Part shown: positions 10,131 to 19,550 of the stretch, one piece after another | Layout of the letters: every line of letters begins with the position of its first letter | Numbering within the stretch: position 1 is the stretch's first letter | NCBI GenBank assembly: GCA_040081135.1 | Contig: JBEBHT010000001.1 | Span: forward strand, 1-47,049 | DNA: 47,049 nt | Reading direction: 5' to 3' | Source of the DNA: Lacibacter sp. | GTDB lineage: Bacteria; Bacteroidota; Bacteroidia; Chitinophagales; Chitinophagaceae | Notes under the pieces: model-generated | Told to the model about the DNA's origin: nothing | What the model saw: the letters and a program-made list of their open reading frames with translations, nothing else | Database searches by the model: none | Position numbers and translations under genes: made by a program

Positions 10131-13100
10131 ATGAAGTCAATTAAAATAATCAGAGTATTATGCATGGTGACGGTGCTCTTTCCGATGGTTCTTAAAGCAC
10201 AGGTTAACAATGTGAGAATAAATATCAAAGCCTATGTTTACAGCACAGATAAAAAGCCAATTGCGGGTGCTGTAATTAATAATACAGAAAATGAAAACGA
10301 GCAGGCTGTTACAGACGAAAACGGTTTATTTACAATTTCTGTTGCCTTTAACACCGAATTATCTGTAACTGCCAAAGGCTATAAAATAAAATACATTGCG
10401 GCAAAGGATGAATTAACAGAGGTTGTTCTTACTTCAGAAAATGAGGGTGAAGAAGTCCCTGTGGCTTTCAGGAAGGTAAACAGGAATGATTTATTTAATG
10501 ATGTATCGTATGTAGACGTATCTCAGCTTCTCTCCAAAAACTATTCTACTTACAGTCTCGATAATATGGAAGTATTTGCTTCCGGTTTTCATGGAAATCT
10601 TTGGGGCATGGATAATTACCTTACTCTTATAGACGGAGTTCCAAGAGACGCAGGAACCGTATTGCCCACAGAGATTGATAAGATTACTTTTTTAAAAGGA
10701 GTAAATGCGATTGCTTTATATGGCAGCCGTGCAGCAAAAGGTGTTGTGTTAATTACTACAAAAAGAGGACAGGCAAATAATAACCGTGTGGATGTACGGG
10801 CCAACACAGGAGTAAATGTGCCTAAGAGATATCCCGGCTATTTAGGTTCTGCTGAATATATGACCCTTTACAACGAAGCCAGGGCGAATGACGGTTTGAG
10901 CAAATTATATAGCGATGAAACCATTTACAATCATGCCTCCGGCAAAAATCCATACCGTTATCCCAATGTAGATTTTTATTCAACTGATTATCTGAAGAAG
11001 ATGTATACCCGCTATGATGTTACCACAGAAATTTCAGGTGGTAATGACCGGGCCAGGTATTATACCAACATGGGATATACAACATCCGGATCACTTTTAA
11101 ATTTTGGCGAAGCAATAAAGAATGATAATTCAAGTCGTTTCAATGTGCGTGGAAATGTGGACATGAATATCAATAAATACATTACAAGCACTGTAGATGC
11201 TAATGTAATTTTTTATACAGGTGCCGGTGTTAATACTGATTATTGGGGAAGCGCTGCTACATCGAGGCCATACCGCTACTCTCCACTTATACCAATCAGT
11301 ATGATTGAGGGTAACGACAGTTCATCTTTACTGTATGTTAAGAACAGTAATTATGTGATTGATGGCAAATATTTATTGGGAGGCACACAGCTTGATCAGA
11401 CTAACCCCTTTGCAGCTATTTATGCCGGTGGTTCTAACCGTTACAACAGCCGTCAGTTTCAGTTTAAAACAGGAGTAGGTGCCGATTTGAGAAATCTTTT
11501 AGAAGGGCTTAAATTTCAAACAAATATTGCGGTTGACTATGCATCTTCTTACACCTTGTCTTTCAACAACACGTATGCAACATACCAGCCAGCATGGAAT
11601 ACTTATTCCGGGAAAGATTTAATCAGCAGTCTTACTAAATACAGCCAGGATGCTAAATCGGGTGTTCAAAATTCAAGTAACAGCTGGTACAGGCAAACGA
11701 TCGCTTTTTCTGCTAATTTTTCTTATAGCAATACATTTAAACGTAACCACAATGTAACAGGAATGCTTTTGGCAAATGGTTACCGCCAGTCTGAATCTGC
11801 TGTTTATCAAAAAATAATGAATAGCAATTTAGGATTACAGACGGGCTATAATTATAAGGGTAAATATTATGCTGATTTCAGCGGAGCTTTTATGTATTCA
11901 GCTAAAGTGCCTGAAAAAAACCGTTTTGTTTTTTCACCCACATTATCACTTGCATGGAGATTAAGCCAGGAAAAATTCATGGCAAAAGCAAAAGCTGTTG
12001 ATGATCTGAAGCTCACCGTTTCAGGCGGCATCCTGCATACTGATTTAACCATTACCGACTACTACATGTATCAAGGATATTATACAGTTGCAGGTTCATG
12101 GTTTGGATGGAAAGACGGTACAGGAATCCAGGCTACAGAGAGCAGGAGGGGCGATAATCCGAACCTCAGTTTCCCTGAACGAAAAGAAATTAATGCAGGC
12201 TTTGAAGGTTCCTTCTTTAAAAATGTACTGCATGTAAACGGTTCAGTATTTTATAGCAAAATCACGAATAACATTGTTGGTGGAGCTACATTGGCAAACG
12301 TAATGTTCCCGTCTTATTTCTATACTTACTGGCCGGTATCTTCATTTGTACCATTTATCAATTACAACAGTGATGAAAGAAGGGGTTTTGATTTTGGTGT
12401 AAACGTAAATAAGCGTGCCGCCGGTATTGACTGGAACCTGGGTATAACAGGCAGCTACTATACAACCAAAGCAATTAAACGTGCCGAAGTATATGCAAAC
12501 AGTTACCAGCTGAGACAAGGTAAACCGCTGGATGCTATTTGGGGCTTGCAGAACCTTGGATTTTTTAAAGATGCAAATGATATTTCCAGTTCACCGAAGC
12601 AATCTTTTGGAGATGTTAAACCCGGCGATATAAAATATAAGGATCAAAATAATGATGGCATTATTGATTCACAGGATGAAGTATTTCTTGGTAAAGGTGG
12701 CTGGTATGGTGCGCCTTTAACCCTCGGATTACAACTTACAGCCAAATGGAAAAGCCTTACATTCTTTGCAATGGGTGTTGGTCGTTTTGGAAGCTATGGT
12801 ATGAAAAACAGTTCTTACTTCTGGGTTGATGGTGAAGATAAATATTCTGTAGTAGTACGTAACCGCTGGACAGAGGCAACAAAAGAAACAGCAACATATC
12901 CCCGGCTTACAACAAACACCAGCGATAATAATTTCAGGAGCTCTGATTTCTGGATGTATAAAACAAACAGGTTTGATCTGAACAGGGTGCAAATCAGTTA
13001 CGATTTAAGCAGCATTCTTAAACAAAAATCTTTTGTTCGTGAGTTTGGCGTGTACGTTTCAGGAACAAGTTTGTTAACGATCTCTTCTGAAAGGGAAATA

Positions 13101-13169
13101 ATGGAACTGAATATTGGAAGTACACCGCAAAACCGGTATTATAATTTAGGTGTTAAGGCCCTGTTTTAA
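10131..13169 (+). CDS. susC: SusC/RagA TonB-dependent glycan transporter (second of tandem pair)
   Basis: LIDGVPRD..LYGSRAAKGVVLITTKRG plug, PGDIKYKDQNNDGIID, C-terminal Phe. Start is 10104 or 10131. Confidence 0.95.
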   Translation: MKSIKIIRVLCMVTVLFPMVLKAQVNNVRINIKAYVYSTDKKPIAGAVINNTENENEQAVTDENGLFTISVAFNTELSVTAKGYKIKYIAAKDELTEVVLTSENEGEEVPVAFRKVNRNDLFNDVSYVDVSQLLSKNYSTYSLDNMEVFASGFHGNLWGMDNYLTLIDGVPRDAGTVLPTEIDKITFLKGVNAIALYGSRAAKGVVLITTKRGQANNNRVDVRANTGVNVPKRYPGYLGSAEYMTLYNEARANDGLSKLYSDETIYNHASGKNPYRYPNVDFYSTDYLKKMYTRYDVTTEISGGNDRARYYTNMGYTTSGSLLNFGEAIKNDNSSRFNVRGNVDMNINKYITSTVDANVIFYTGAGVNTDYWGSAATSRPYRYSPLIPISMIEGNDSSSLLYVKNSNYVIDGKYLLGGTQLDQTNPFAAIYAGGSNRYNSRQFQFKTGVGADLRNLLEGLKFQTNIAVDYASSYTLSFNNTYATYQPAWNTYSGKDLISSLTKYSQDAKSGVQNSSNSWYRQTIAFSANFSYSNTFKRNHNVTGMLLANGYRQSESAVYQKIMNSNLGLQTGYNYKGKYYADFSGAFMYSAKVPEKNRFVFSPTLSLAWRLSQEKFMAKAKAVDDLKLTVSGGILHTDLTITDYYMYQGYYTVAGSWFGWKDGTGIQATESRRGDNPNLSFPERKEINAGFEGSFFKNVLHVNGSVFYSKITNNIVGGATLANVMFPSYFYTYWPVSSFVPFINYNSDERRGFDFGVNVNKRAAGIDWNLGITGSYYTTKAIKRAEVYANSYQLRQGKPLDAIWGLQNLGFFKDANDISSSPKQSFGDVKPGDIKYKDQNNDGIIDSQDEVFLGKGGWYGAPLTLGLQLTAKWKSLTFFAMGVGRFGSYGMKNSSYFWVDGEDKYSVVVRNRWTEATKETATYPRLTTNTSDNNFRSSDFWMYKTNRFDLNRVQISYDLSSILKQKSFVREFGVYVSGTSLLTISSEREIMELNIGSTPQNRYYNLGVKALF

Positions 13170-13201
13170 TCATCAATAATCACTACAGAAAAAAAAGTAG
13201 T

Positions 13202-14998
13202 ATGAAACATAATAAGATATTTATAAGTTTTGCTTTTATTTTAGTGATCGCTTCCGGTTGCAAAAAACTACTGCAGCCGGAAATTGAAAACTACCGTAAT
13301 CTTGAAGAATCTTATCTTCCAAGCGATGCAAGGTATCCTTACGGCATTTTATTAAATGCGTATAACCGGATACCTACTAACTCCTGGTCATTTAATGATG
13401 TTGCAACCGACGATGCTGTTACAAACGATAAGGCGAGTTCATTTTTAAAAATGGCAACCGGCCAGTGGACAGCAAACAATAACCCGATGAATCAATGGGA
13501 CAATTGTTTTTCTGCTATACAGTATCTGAACATAACGTTGCTGGAAATAAAAAAAATAACCTGGGCTGGTGATGATGTAGTGAATAAGCTTTTTGCTATG
13601 CGGATAACCGGAGAAACTTATGGATTAAGAGCATTATTTATGTATCATTTATTGCAAACACACGGTGGTGTATCGGCAAAATCAGGTGAGCTTCTTGGTG
13701 TTCCCATTCTTCTTGAGCCACAATCAACTACCTCAAATTTTAATCTGCCGAGAGCAAAGTTTGAAGATTGCATGAAACAATTGTATAAGGATTTAGACAG
13801 TGCGGTGGCTTTACTTCCATTAGATTATGGAAATGTAGCTTCTGCTTCTTTAATCCCTTCAAAATATGGCAGTATTGCACCTGAAACATATAATCGTGCA
13901 TTTGGAGTTACATTCAGAGGTCTTTTTACAGCACGTATTGCGGATGCAATCAGAGCGAAAGCCGCTTTATTAGCAGCCAGTCCTGCATTTAGTGCGGGCA
14001 ACAGCACCACATGGGCCGATGCAGCTAATTATGCTGCTGCAGTTATAAATTCGAAAGGCGGAGTAAGCGGTTTAACAGCAGGTGGCACAACTTTGTTTAC
14101 TAACAGCGGTATAACATGGTTTTATAATAAAGCAGAGATTGATGCTTTAGCAGATGGTTCTAATCCTGCAGAAATATTATGGAGAACAAACTATTCAAGT
14201 AACGGAGATTTAGAGGCTGCCAATTATCCTCCCACACTTTATGGAAATGGCCGCATTAACCCAACCCAAAATCTTGTAGATGCCTTTCCGATGGCGAACG
14301 GGTATCCGATTACAAATTCTTCAAGCGGTTATGATGCTACAAAACCTTATACGGGCAGGGATCCCCGCTTACTTGCTTTTATTTTAATTAACGGAGGTAC
14401 TGCAGGTCCCGGCAACACGGCAATTAATACTGCTGCTGACGGAACTACCAATGATGCGTTAAACAAAGTTGAAACTTCTACCAGAACAGGATATTACATG
14501 CGTAAATTATTACGCCAGGATGTAAACAGAAATCCTACTTCAATTAATAATCAAAAACATTATAAGCCGCATATAAGGTACACCGAAATATATCTTGATT
14601 ATGCTGAAGCGGCGAATGAAGCATGGGGACCAACAGGAACAGGTTCAAATACATACTCTGCATATGATGTGATTAAAGCTATCAGGGCAAGAGCAGGTGT
14701 AGGAACAACTAACGGAGATGCTTATCTCGAAGCTGCAAAAGCTGACAAAGCTTCTATGCGGGAATTGATCAGGAACGAACGCAGACTGGAACTCTGTTTT
14801 GAAGGCTATCGTTTCTGGGATTTACGCAGATGGAATGCAGATATCACTGAAGTGGCCAAAGGAATGAGCATTGCTGCCGGAACATATTCAGTTATTCAGG
14901 TTGAGAACAGAACTTATCAGTCTCATATGAACTATGGTCCACTTCCATACAATGAGGTTTTAAAGTTCAATGCATTAGATCAGAATAAAGGTTGGTAA
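13202..14998 (+). CDS. susD: SusD/RagB glycan-binding lipoprotein
   Basis: Lipobox ASGC, RDPRL, RYTEIYLDYAEAANE, RNERRLELCFEGYRFWDLRRW, QNKGW. Confidence 0.95.
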   Translation: MKHNKIFISFAFILVIASGCKKLLQPEIENYRNLEESYLPSDARYPYGILLNAYNRIPTNSWSFNDVATDDAVTNDKASSFLKMATGQWTANNNPMNQWDNCFSAIQYLNITLLEIKKITWAGDDVVNKLFAMRITGETYGLRALFMYHLLQTHGGVSAKSGELLGVPILLEPQSTTSNFNLPRAKFEDCMKQLYKDLDSAVALLPLDYGNVASASLIPSKYGSIAPETYNRAFGVTFRGLFTARIADAIRAKAALLAASPAFSAGNSTTWADAANYAAAVINSKGGVSGLTAGGTTLFTNSGITWFYNKAEIDALADGSNPAEILWRTNYSSNGDLEAANYPPTLYGNGRINPTQNLVDAFPMANGYPITNSSSGYDATKPYTGRDPRLLAFILINGGTAGPGNTAINTAADGTTNDALNKVETSTRTGYYMRKLLRQDVNRNPTSINNQKHYKPHIRYTEIYLDYAEAANEAWGPTGTGSNTYSAYDVIKAIRARAGVGTTNGDAYLEAAKADKASMRELIRNERRLELCFEGYRFWDLRRWNADITEVAKGMSIAAGTYSVIQVENRTYQSHMNYGPLPYNEVLKFNALDQNKGW

Positions 14999-15047
14999 CA
15001 GATAAATCAAAACTCAACAGCATACTTAAAATATAAATTCCATCATA

Positions 15048-16016
15048 ATGAAAATAAAATTATTGTTTGCGCTGATGATTGTTGCAGTACTCGTGTCCTG
15101 CAATAAAAAGCGTGAGTTTCCCGACTACGATTATCAAACGGTTTATTTCGCTTATCAATATCCGGTTCGTACAATTACATTGGGCGAAGATATTTACAGC
15201 ACTGAACTGGATAATCAGTATAAGTGCAAGATCATGGCAACCATGGGAGGCGTTTATGAAAATAAGAAGAACATAACAATTGACTTTGTAGTTGATAACT
15301 CTCTTTGTAACGGGTTATTGTTTACAGCAGGCGGTGCCCCTGTTACAGCAATGCCAACAGACTTTTATTCATTGGCCTCAAACAAAATAACTATACCTAG
15401 CGGAAGTCTTGCAGGTGGCGTTGAAGTGCAGCTTACTGATGCTTTCTTTGCTGACCCCAAAGCCATCTCCAACAATTATGTAATTCCATTGAGAATGACT
15501 GCCGTTTCCAATGCAGATTCTATCCTTTCCGGGAAAAATTTTATACTGTACGCAATTAAATTTGTGAACCCCTGGCATGGCAACTATCTGAGACGTGGTA
15601 AAGACGAAATTGTTGGTAAGCCGGGCTACACAGCACTCAGCAAAACCAACATACGCCACCAGCAATATGTTGAAAAAGATGAAGTAAATAAATTGTCAAC
15701 TCTTACATTAACCGATTTAAAGTTCCCTCTCTTTTTTAAAGATGTTACAAGTACAAATGTTGATTGCAGTTTGCGTCTGAAATTCGATAACTCAGGTAAT
15801 TGTACTGTTACTTCCGGTGCCAGCAATGTTACAGCTACCGGCACGGGTAAGTTTGTAAAAAAAGGCGAAAAAAACAGTTGGGGTAATACAGACAGAGATG
15901 CTATTTATCTCAATTATGAAATTGATTTTGCACAGGCCCATATCACATGCGTTGATACATTGGTTCTTCGTGACCGTGCTGTTACCATGGAGGTTTTTGC
16001 ACCAGTTAAACAATAA
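15048..16016 (+). CDS. PUL surface lipoprotein (DUF1735/DUF5627-like, XusE-position glycan-binding protein)
   Basis: Lipobox LVSC, VYFAYQYPVRT..LG, YVIPLRM, KFVNPWHGNYLRRG; position between susD and GH10 as in Bacteroidota xylan cores. Confidence 0.75.
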   Translation: MKIKLLFALMIVAVLVSCNKKREFPDYDYQTVYFAYQYPVRTITLGEDIYSTELDNQYKCKIMATMGGVYENKKNITIDFVVDNSLCNGLLFTAGGAPVTAMPTDFYSLASNKITIPSGSLAGGVEVQLTDAFFADPKAISNNYVIPLRMTAVSNADSILSGKNFILYAIKFVNPWHGNYLRRGKDEIVGKPGYTALSKTNIRHQQYVEKDEVNKLSTLTLTDLKFPLFFKDVTSTNVDCSLRLKFDNSGNCTVTSGASNVTATGTGKFVKKGEKNSWGNTDRDAIYLNYEIDFAQAHITCVDTLVLRDRAVTMEVFAPVKQ

Positions 16017-16044
16017 ATTTATAAATACTCTAATGCAGAATAAC

Positions 16045-18201
16045 ATGAATAAGTTAAATAAAATAATATGGCTGTTAGGCGTTCTGCTTTTTTTGAATTC
16101 ATGTACAAAAAAAGAAAAAATTGGTTTTCAAGTTGAGAAACCACCAACCGTAGCTGCGCAGGAAGTAATAGATACTTTTCCTGATTTGAAAACTTATATC
16201 AACCGGCAGCTGAATCCTAACTTCAAATTTGGTGCAGCACTTTCTTTATCAGATTACACAAACCAGGGAGTGATGTACCGCCTGGTAAACAGGAATTTTG
16301 ATGAGATTGTTCTTGGGTATGAAATGAAACATGGAGCAATCGTACAGGCAGATGGAACGTTGGCATTAGATAATGTAAACAAATTGCTTAAAACTGCAAA
16401 AAGTGCAGGAGTATCAGTTTATGGTCATACACTCGGCTGGCACGCAAACCAAAATGCAACTTATCTCAAAAGTTTAATTGCTCCATTAATTGTAACAACA
16501 CCCGGCTTTTCAAATTCGCTTGATTTAACATCTATAAAAGCCAGCTCTTTTACAGGATGGACAGTTTCGAATCCGGGTGCAGGAACAACTGTTGAAAATG
16601 GATTGGGGATGGCAGCAGGAACAAAAGCAATTCAATTAATATCTTCTTCAGGTTCTTCTACTGCAGAAGCTCTTCAATTGGTTACACCAGCTATCACTGT
16701 TGTGCCGGGGCACAAATATGAAGTAGTTTGTTATATTAAATCAAGTGCTGAAGGACAGGGACGTATTGCTTTTGAAGGATTGAATAATAATACACCCAAA
16801 GCTGATTGGATGAAAACAGGTACAGCTACTGAAACATTTACTACCAGCTTATGGTGGAAAGAAATCCGTTTCCAGGTAAGTGACTTTAGCGGCAGTTCTA
16901 TTAAACTTCATTTCGATCTTGGATACAAATCCAATATAACTTATTACATCGATGTAAATAATATTTACGTTTATGATTTGCAGGGCCCTGCTGTTATTAC
17001 AAACTTAATTACTAATGGTGATTTTGAAGCCGGAGGTGCATGGGGCGGTTGGGGTAATGGCTCTACAAGGGCAATTTCTGCTGCCGGCGCTGGATTTGGC
17101 GGAACTGGTAAATGTCTTGTGCTGACGAATCCAACTGCAGCTAATTTCTGGGTTGCTCAAACAATTTACGATCTTCCGGCACCTTTGAATAATGCCGAAA
17201 AGTATAACCTGAGTTTTTATGTGAAAGGATCTGTTGCAGGTATCATCAGACCGGAAATGCAGACAACAACAGATTACTCTTCAAATGGTTTTGGTACAGT
17301 TAATGTAACAACAGAATGGCAAAAAGTAGAACTGTCTGCTACAATGACAACGGCAACAAGAAGCAGGTTTCTTTTTAGTTTTGGCGAGTTAGCCGGTACA
17401 ATTTACATTGACAACATCGTACTCAGCAGTTCCAAAGTTGCCGGTACAGGAAGTATAACCGTTGATAAAACTGCCGCTGAAAAGCAGGTAATAATTGGAA
17501 GTGCATTTGAGAAATGGATTACAGGTATGGTTACTAATTGCAAGGATTATGTAAAAGCCTGGGATGTTGTAAATGAACCAATGGATGATGGCAGGCCTGC
17601 AGAACTGAAAACAGGAGTTGGCAGAACATTGGCAAGCGATGAATTTTACTGGCAGGATTATCTTGGTAAAGATTATGCAGTAACAGCATTTAAATTAGCA
17701 AGGCAATATGGTAATGCAAACGATATACATTTCATAAACGATTATAACCAGGAATATAATCTGGATAAATGCAATGGGCTGATTGCATATGTACAGTATA
17801 TTGAAAGTAAAGGAGCCAAGGTTGACGGAATTGGCACACAAATGCACATTAGTATCAGTTCTGATAAATCAAAAATTACCCAGATGTTTCAGGCACTTGC
17901 TGCAACCGGTAAGCTTATTAAAATATCTGAACTTGATATAGGTGTTGGTGTTAAGACTGCAGCAGCAACTCCGGAAATGTACCAGGCACAGGCAGAAATG
18001 TATAAGTATGTAATTGATAAATACTTTGAAATTATTCCTGCTGCACAACGGTATGGTATAACTATCTGGAGCCCGCTTGACAGTCCTGCATCTTCCAGCT
18101 GGAGAGCAGATGAGCCAATTGGTTTGTGGACACAAAGCTATGTGCGGAAACTGGCATACGCATATGTTGCAAAATCTCTTGCTGAGAATGCAGGAAAATA
18201 A
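16045..18201 (+). CDS. GH10 endo-1,4-beta-xylanase lipoprotein with two inserted CBM4-like modules
   Basis: Lipobox LNSC; EMKH, GHTLGWH; insertion with NLITNGDFE..W and YIDNI CBM motifs; catalytic WDVVNEP (acid/base) and ISELDI (nucleophile). Start 16045 (or 16033) avoids overlap with the upstream gene. Confidence 0.92.
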   Translation: MNKLNKIIWLLGVLLFLNSCTKKEKIGFQVEKPPTVAAQEVIDTFPDLKTYINRQLNPNFKFGAALSLSDYTNQGVMYRLVNRNFDEIVLGYEMKHGAIVQADGTLALDNVNKLLKTAKSAGVSVYGHTLGWHANQNATYLKSLIAPLIVTTPGFSNSLDLTSIKASSFTGWTVSNPGAGTTVENGLGMAAGTKAIQLISSSGSSTAEALQLVTPAITVVPGHKYEVVCYIKSSAEGQGRIAFEGLNNNTPKADWMKTGTATETFTTSLWWKEIRFQVSDFSGSSIKLHFDLGYKSNITYYIDVNNIYVYDLQGPAVITNLITNGDFEAGGAWGGWGNGSTRAISAAGAGFGGTGKCLVLTNPTAANFWVAQTIYDLPAPLNNAEKYNLSFYVKGSVAGIIRPEMQTTTDYSSNGFGTVNVTTEWQKVELSATMTTATRSRFLFSFGELAGTIYIDNIVLSSSKVAGTGSITVDKTAAEKQVIIGSAFEKWITGMVTNCKDYVKAWDVVNEPMDDGRPAELKTGVGRTLASDEFYWQDYLGKDYAVTAFKLARQYGNANDIHFINDYNQEYNLDKCNGLIAYVQYIESKGAKVDGIGTQMHISISSDKSKITQMFQALAATGKLIKISELDIGVGVKTAAATPEMYQAQAEMYKYVIDKYFEIIPAAQRYGITIWSPLDSPASSSWRADEPIGLWTQSYVRKLAYAYVAKSLAENAGK

Positions 18202-18246
18202 CTTTGGAAGCAGTTTTTATATAGCATAATCGATGACGGTTAAATT

Positions 18247-18287
18247 AAATATCCTCAGTTAATTCTTTAATTGGGGGTATTTTTTTT
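18247..18287 (+). terminator. Rho-independent terminator after GH10
   Basis: aaatatcctcagttaa-ttct-ttaattgggggtattt hairpin (G-U pairs) running into a T tract. Confidence 0.7.
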
Positions 18288-18450
18288 GATCCCTTAAGGA
18301 GCATAGGAATACAATAAAATGCTGTATAAGTTTTTGCAAAGGGCTAGTAATTTATCAAGAGATAGTAATTGTTGTGCGGAACAATGATGCAGTTTAGAAA
18401 TAGAATTATTCATAGCGACCTTTTATGAACAGGCTGTTTAAATTTTTATT

Positions 18451-19446
18451 ATGAGGGTTCTATTATCAGTTTTTTTTTCAATAGTGTTGATGTTTTTTCT
18501 TAACTGTTCAAAGAAGACTACCGGAACTTCTTCGCCAGACACAAACAACACGTATGTTTTAAATACAAGCCCGGCGTGGAAAACAAGTAACAGATCTTTT
18601 TTAAATGGGGCTGCCGGATTGTTTGATGCTCTTGCTGTAAAAGATCCTTCTATTGTTTATGCGAATGGAAAATATCATCTCTTTTATACCGGCAGAGATG
18701 CAGGAACCGGGGGATTGTGGCGCACAGGATACACTTCTGCTGCAACAATTAATGAATTAAAAACTGCTTCACCACGAACACTTATCACATCTCTAAATGG
18801 GGGCGGATACTTCTGTGCACCACAGGTTTTTTGGTTTGAAGGAAAAGCAAAATGGTACATGGTTTATCAAAGTGGGTTAGGTGCAACCTTTTCAACAAAT
18901 ACAGATATCAGCAATGTTAACGGATGGGCAGCAGGTAAGTCAATGGGTTTTGGAGATGGAATAGATTTTACCTGTATTTCGGATAGTAAATATGTTTACT
19001 GTTTTTACTCAGCTCAGGACGGCTCATTTACAATCAAGAGAAGAAAAACAACTGTTGCTGAATTCCCCTATGGTTGGTCTGATCCTGTAGTTGTAGCTAC
19101 CAATACATTTGAAGCTCCGCATGTGTATAAAAACAAAGCTGATGGAAAATATTACATGATAGTTGAAGATATCAGCAGGTATTTTGAACTGTGGTCTGCA
19201 ATTAATCCTGGTAGTAACTGGACTCTTGTAAAAGAAAAATGGGCAGCTAAAAGTAATCTCAGCCAGATGAATGAAATCTGGACCGACCAGGTATCGCATG
19301 GCGAAATTATCCGGTCAGATAAAAACGAGTTAATGGAAATAGCTGATATGAATAAATGCGAAATTCTTGTACAGGGTGTGCTCAATGGCAGCTATGGTGA
19401 TTATGGAAACATACCGTATACTCTTGGTATCATAAAAAACTATTAA
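18451..19446 (+). CDS. GH62-like alpha-L-arabinofuranosidase (five-bladed propeller) lipoprotein
   Basis: Lipobox FLNC; VKDPS, APQVFWF..WYMVYQ, IDF, FEAPHVYK..YMIVE..RYF, WTDQVSHGEIIR, QG..Y..IPY match the order of GH62 motifs. Confidence 0.75.
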   Translation: MRVLLSVFFSIVLMFFLNCSKKTTGTSSPDTNNTYVLNTSPAWKTSNRSFLNGAAGLFDALAVKDPSIVYANGKYHLFYTGRDAGTGGLWRTGYTSAATINELKTASPRTLITSLNGGGYFCAPQVFWFEGKAKWYMVYQSGLGATFSTNTDISNVNGWAAGKSMGFGDGIDFTCISDSKYVYCFYSAQDGSFTIKRRKTTVAEFPYGWSDPVVVATNTFEAPHVYKNKADGKYYMIVEDISRYFELWSAINPGSNWTLVKEKWAAKSNLSQMNEIWTDQVSHGEIIRSDKNELMEIADMNKCEILVQGVLNGSYGDYGNIPYTLGIIKNY

Positions 19447-19550
19447 GTCAATTTGTTGCAACAGCTGCAAAGTTTAAGTTTAGCAAAAAAGAAAACCGGC
19501 TTTAAGCAAATTCGCTTAATCCCTTTAAAATAAAGCATTAAATAAATACA

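Noticed and set aside
15898..16044. Extended N-terminus of the GH10 ORF
   Set aside because: Overlaps the upstream gene; the lipoprotein signal begins at ATG 16033/16045.
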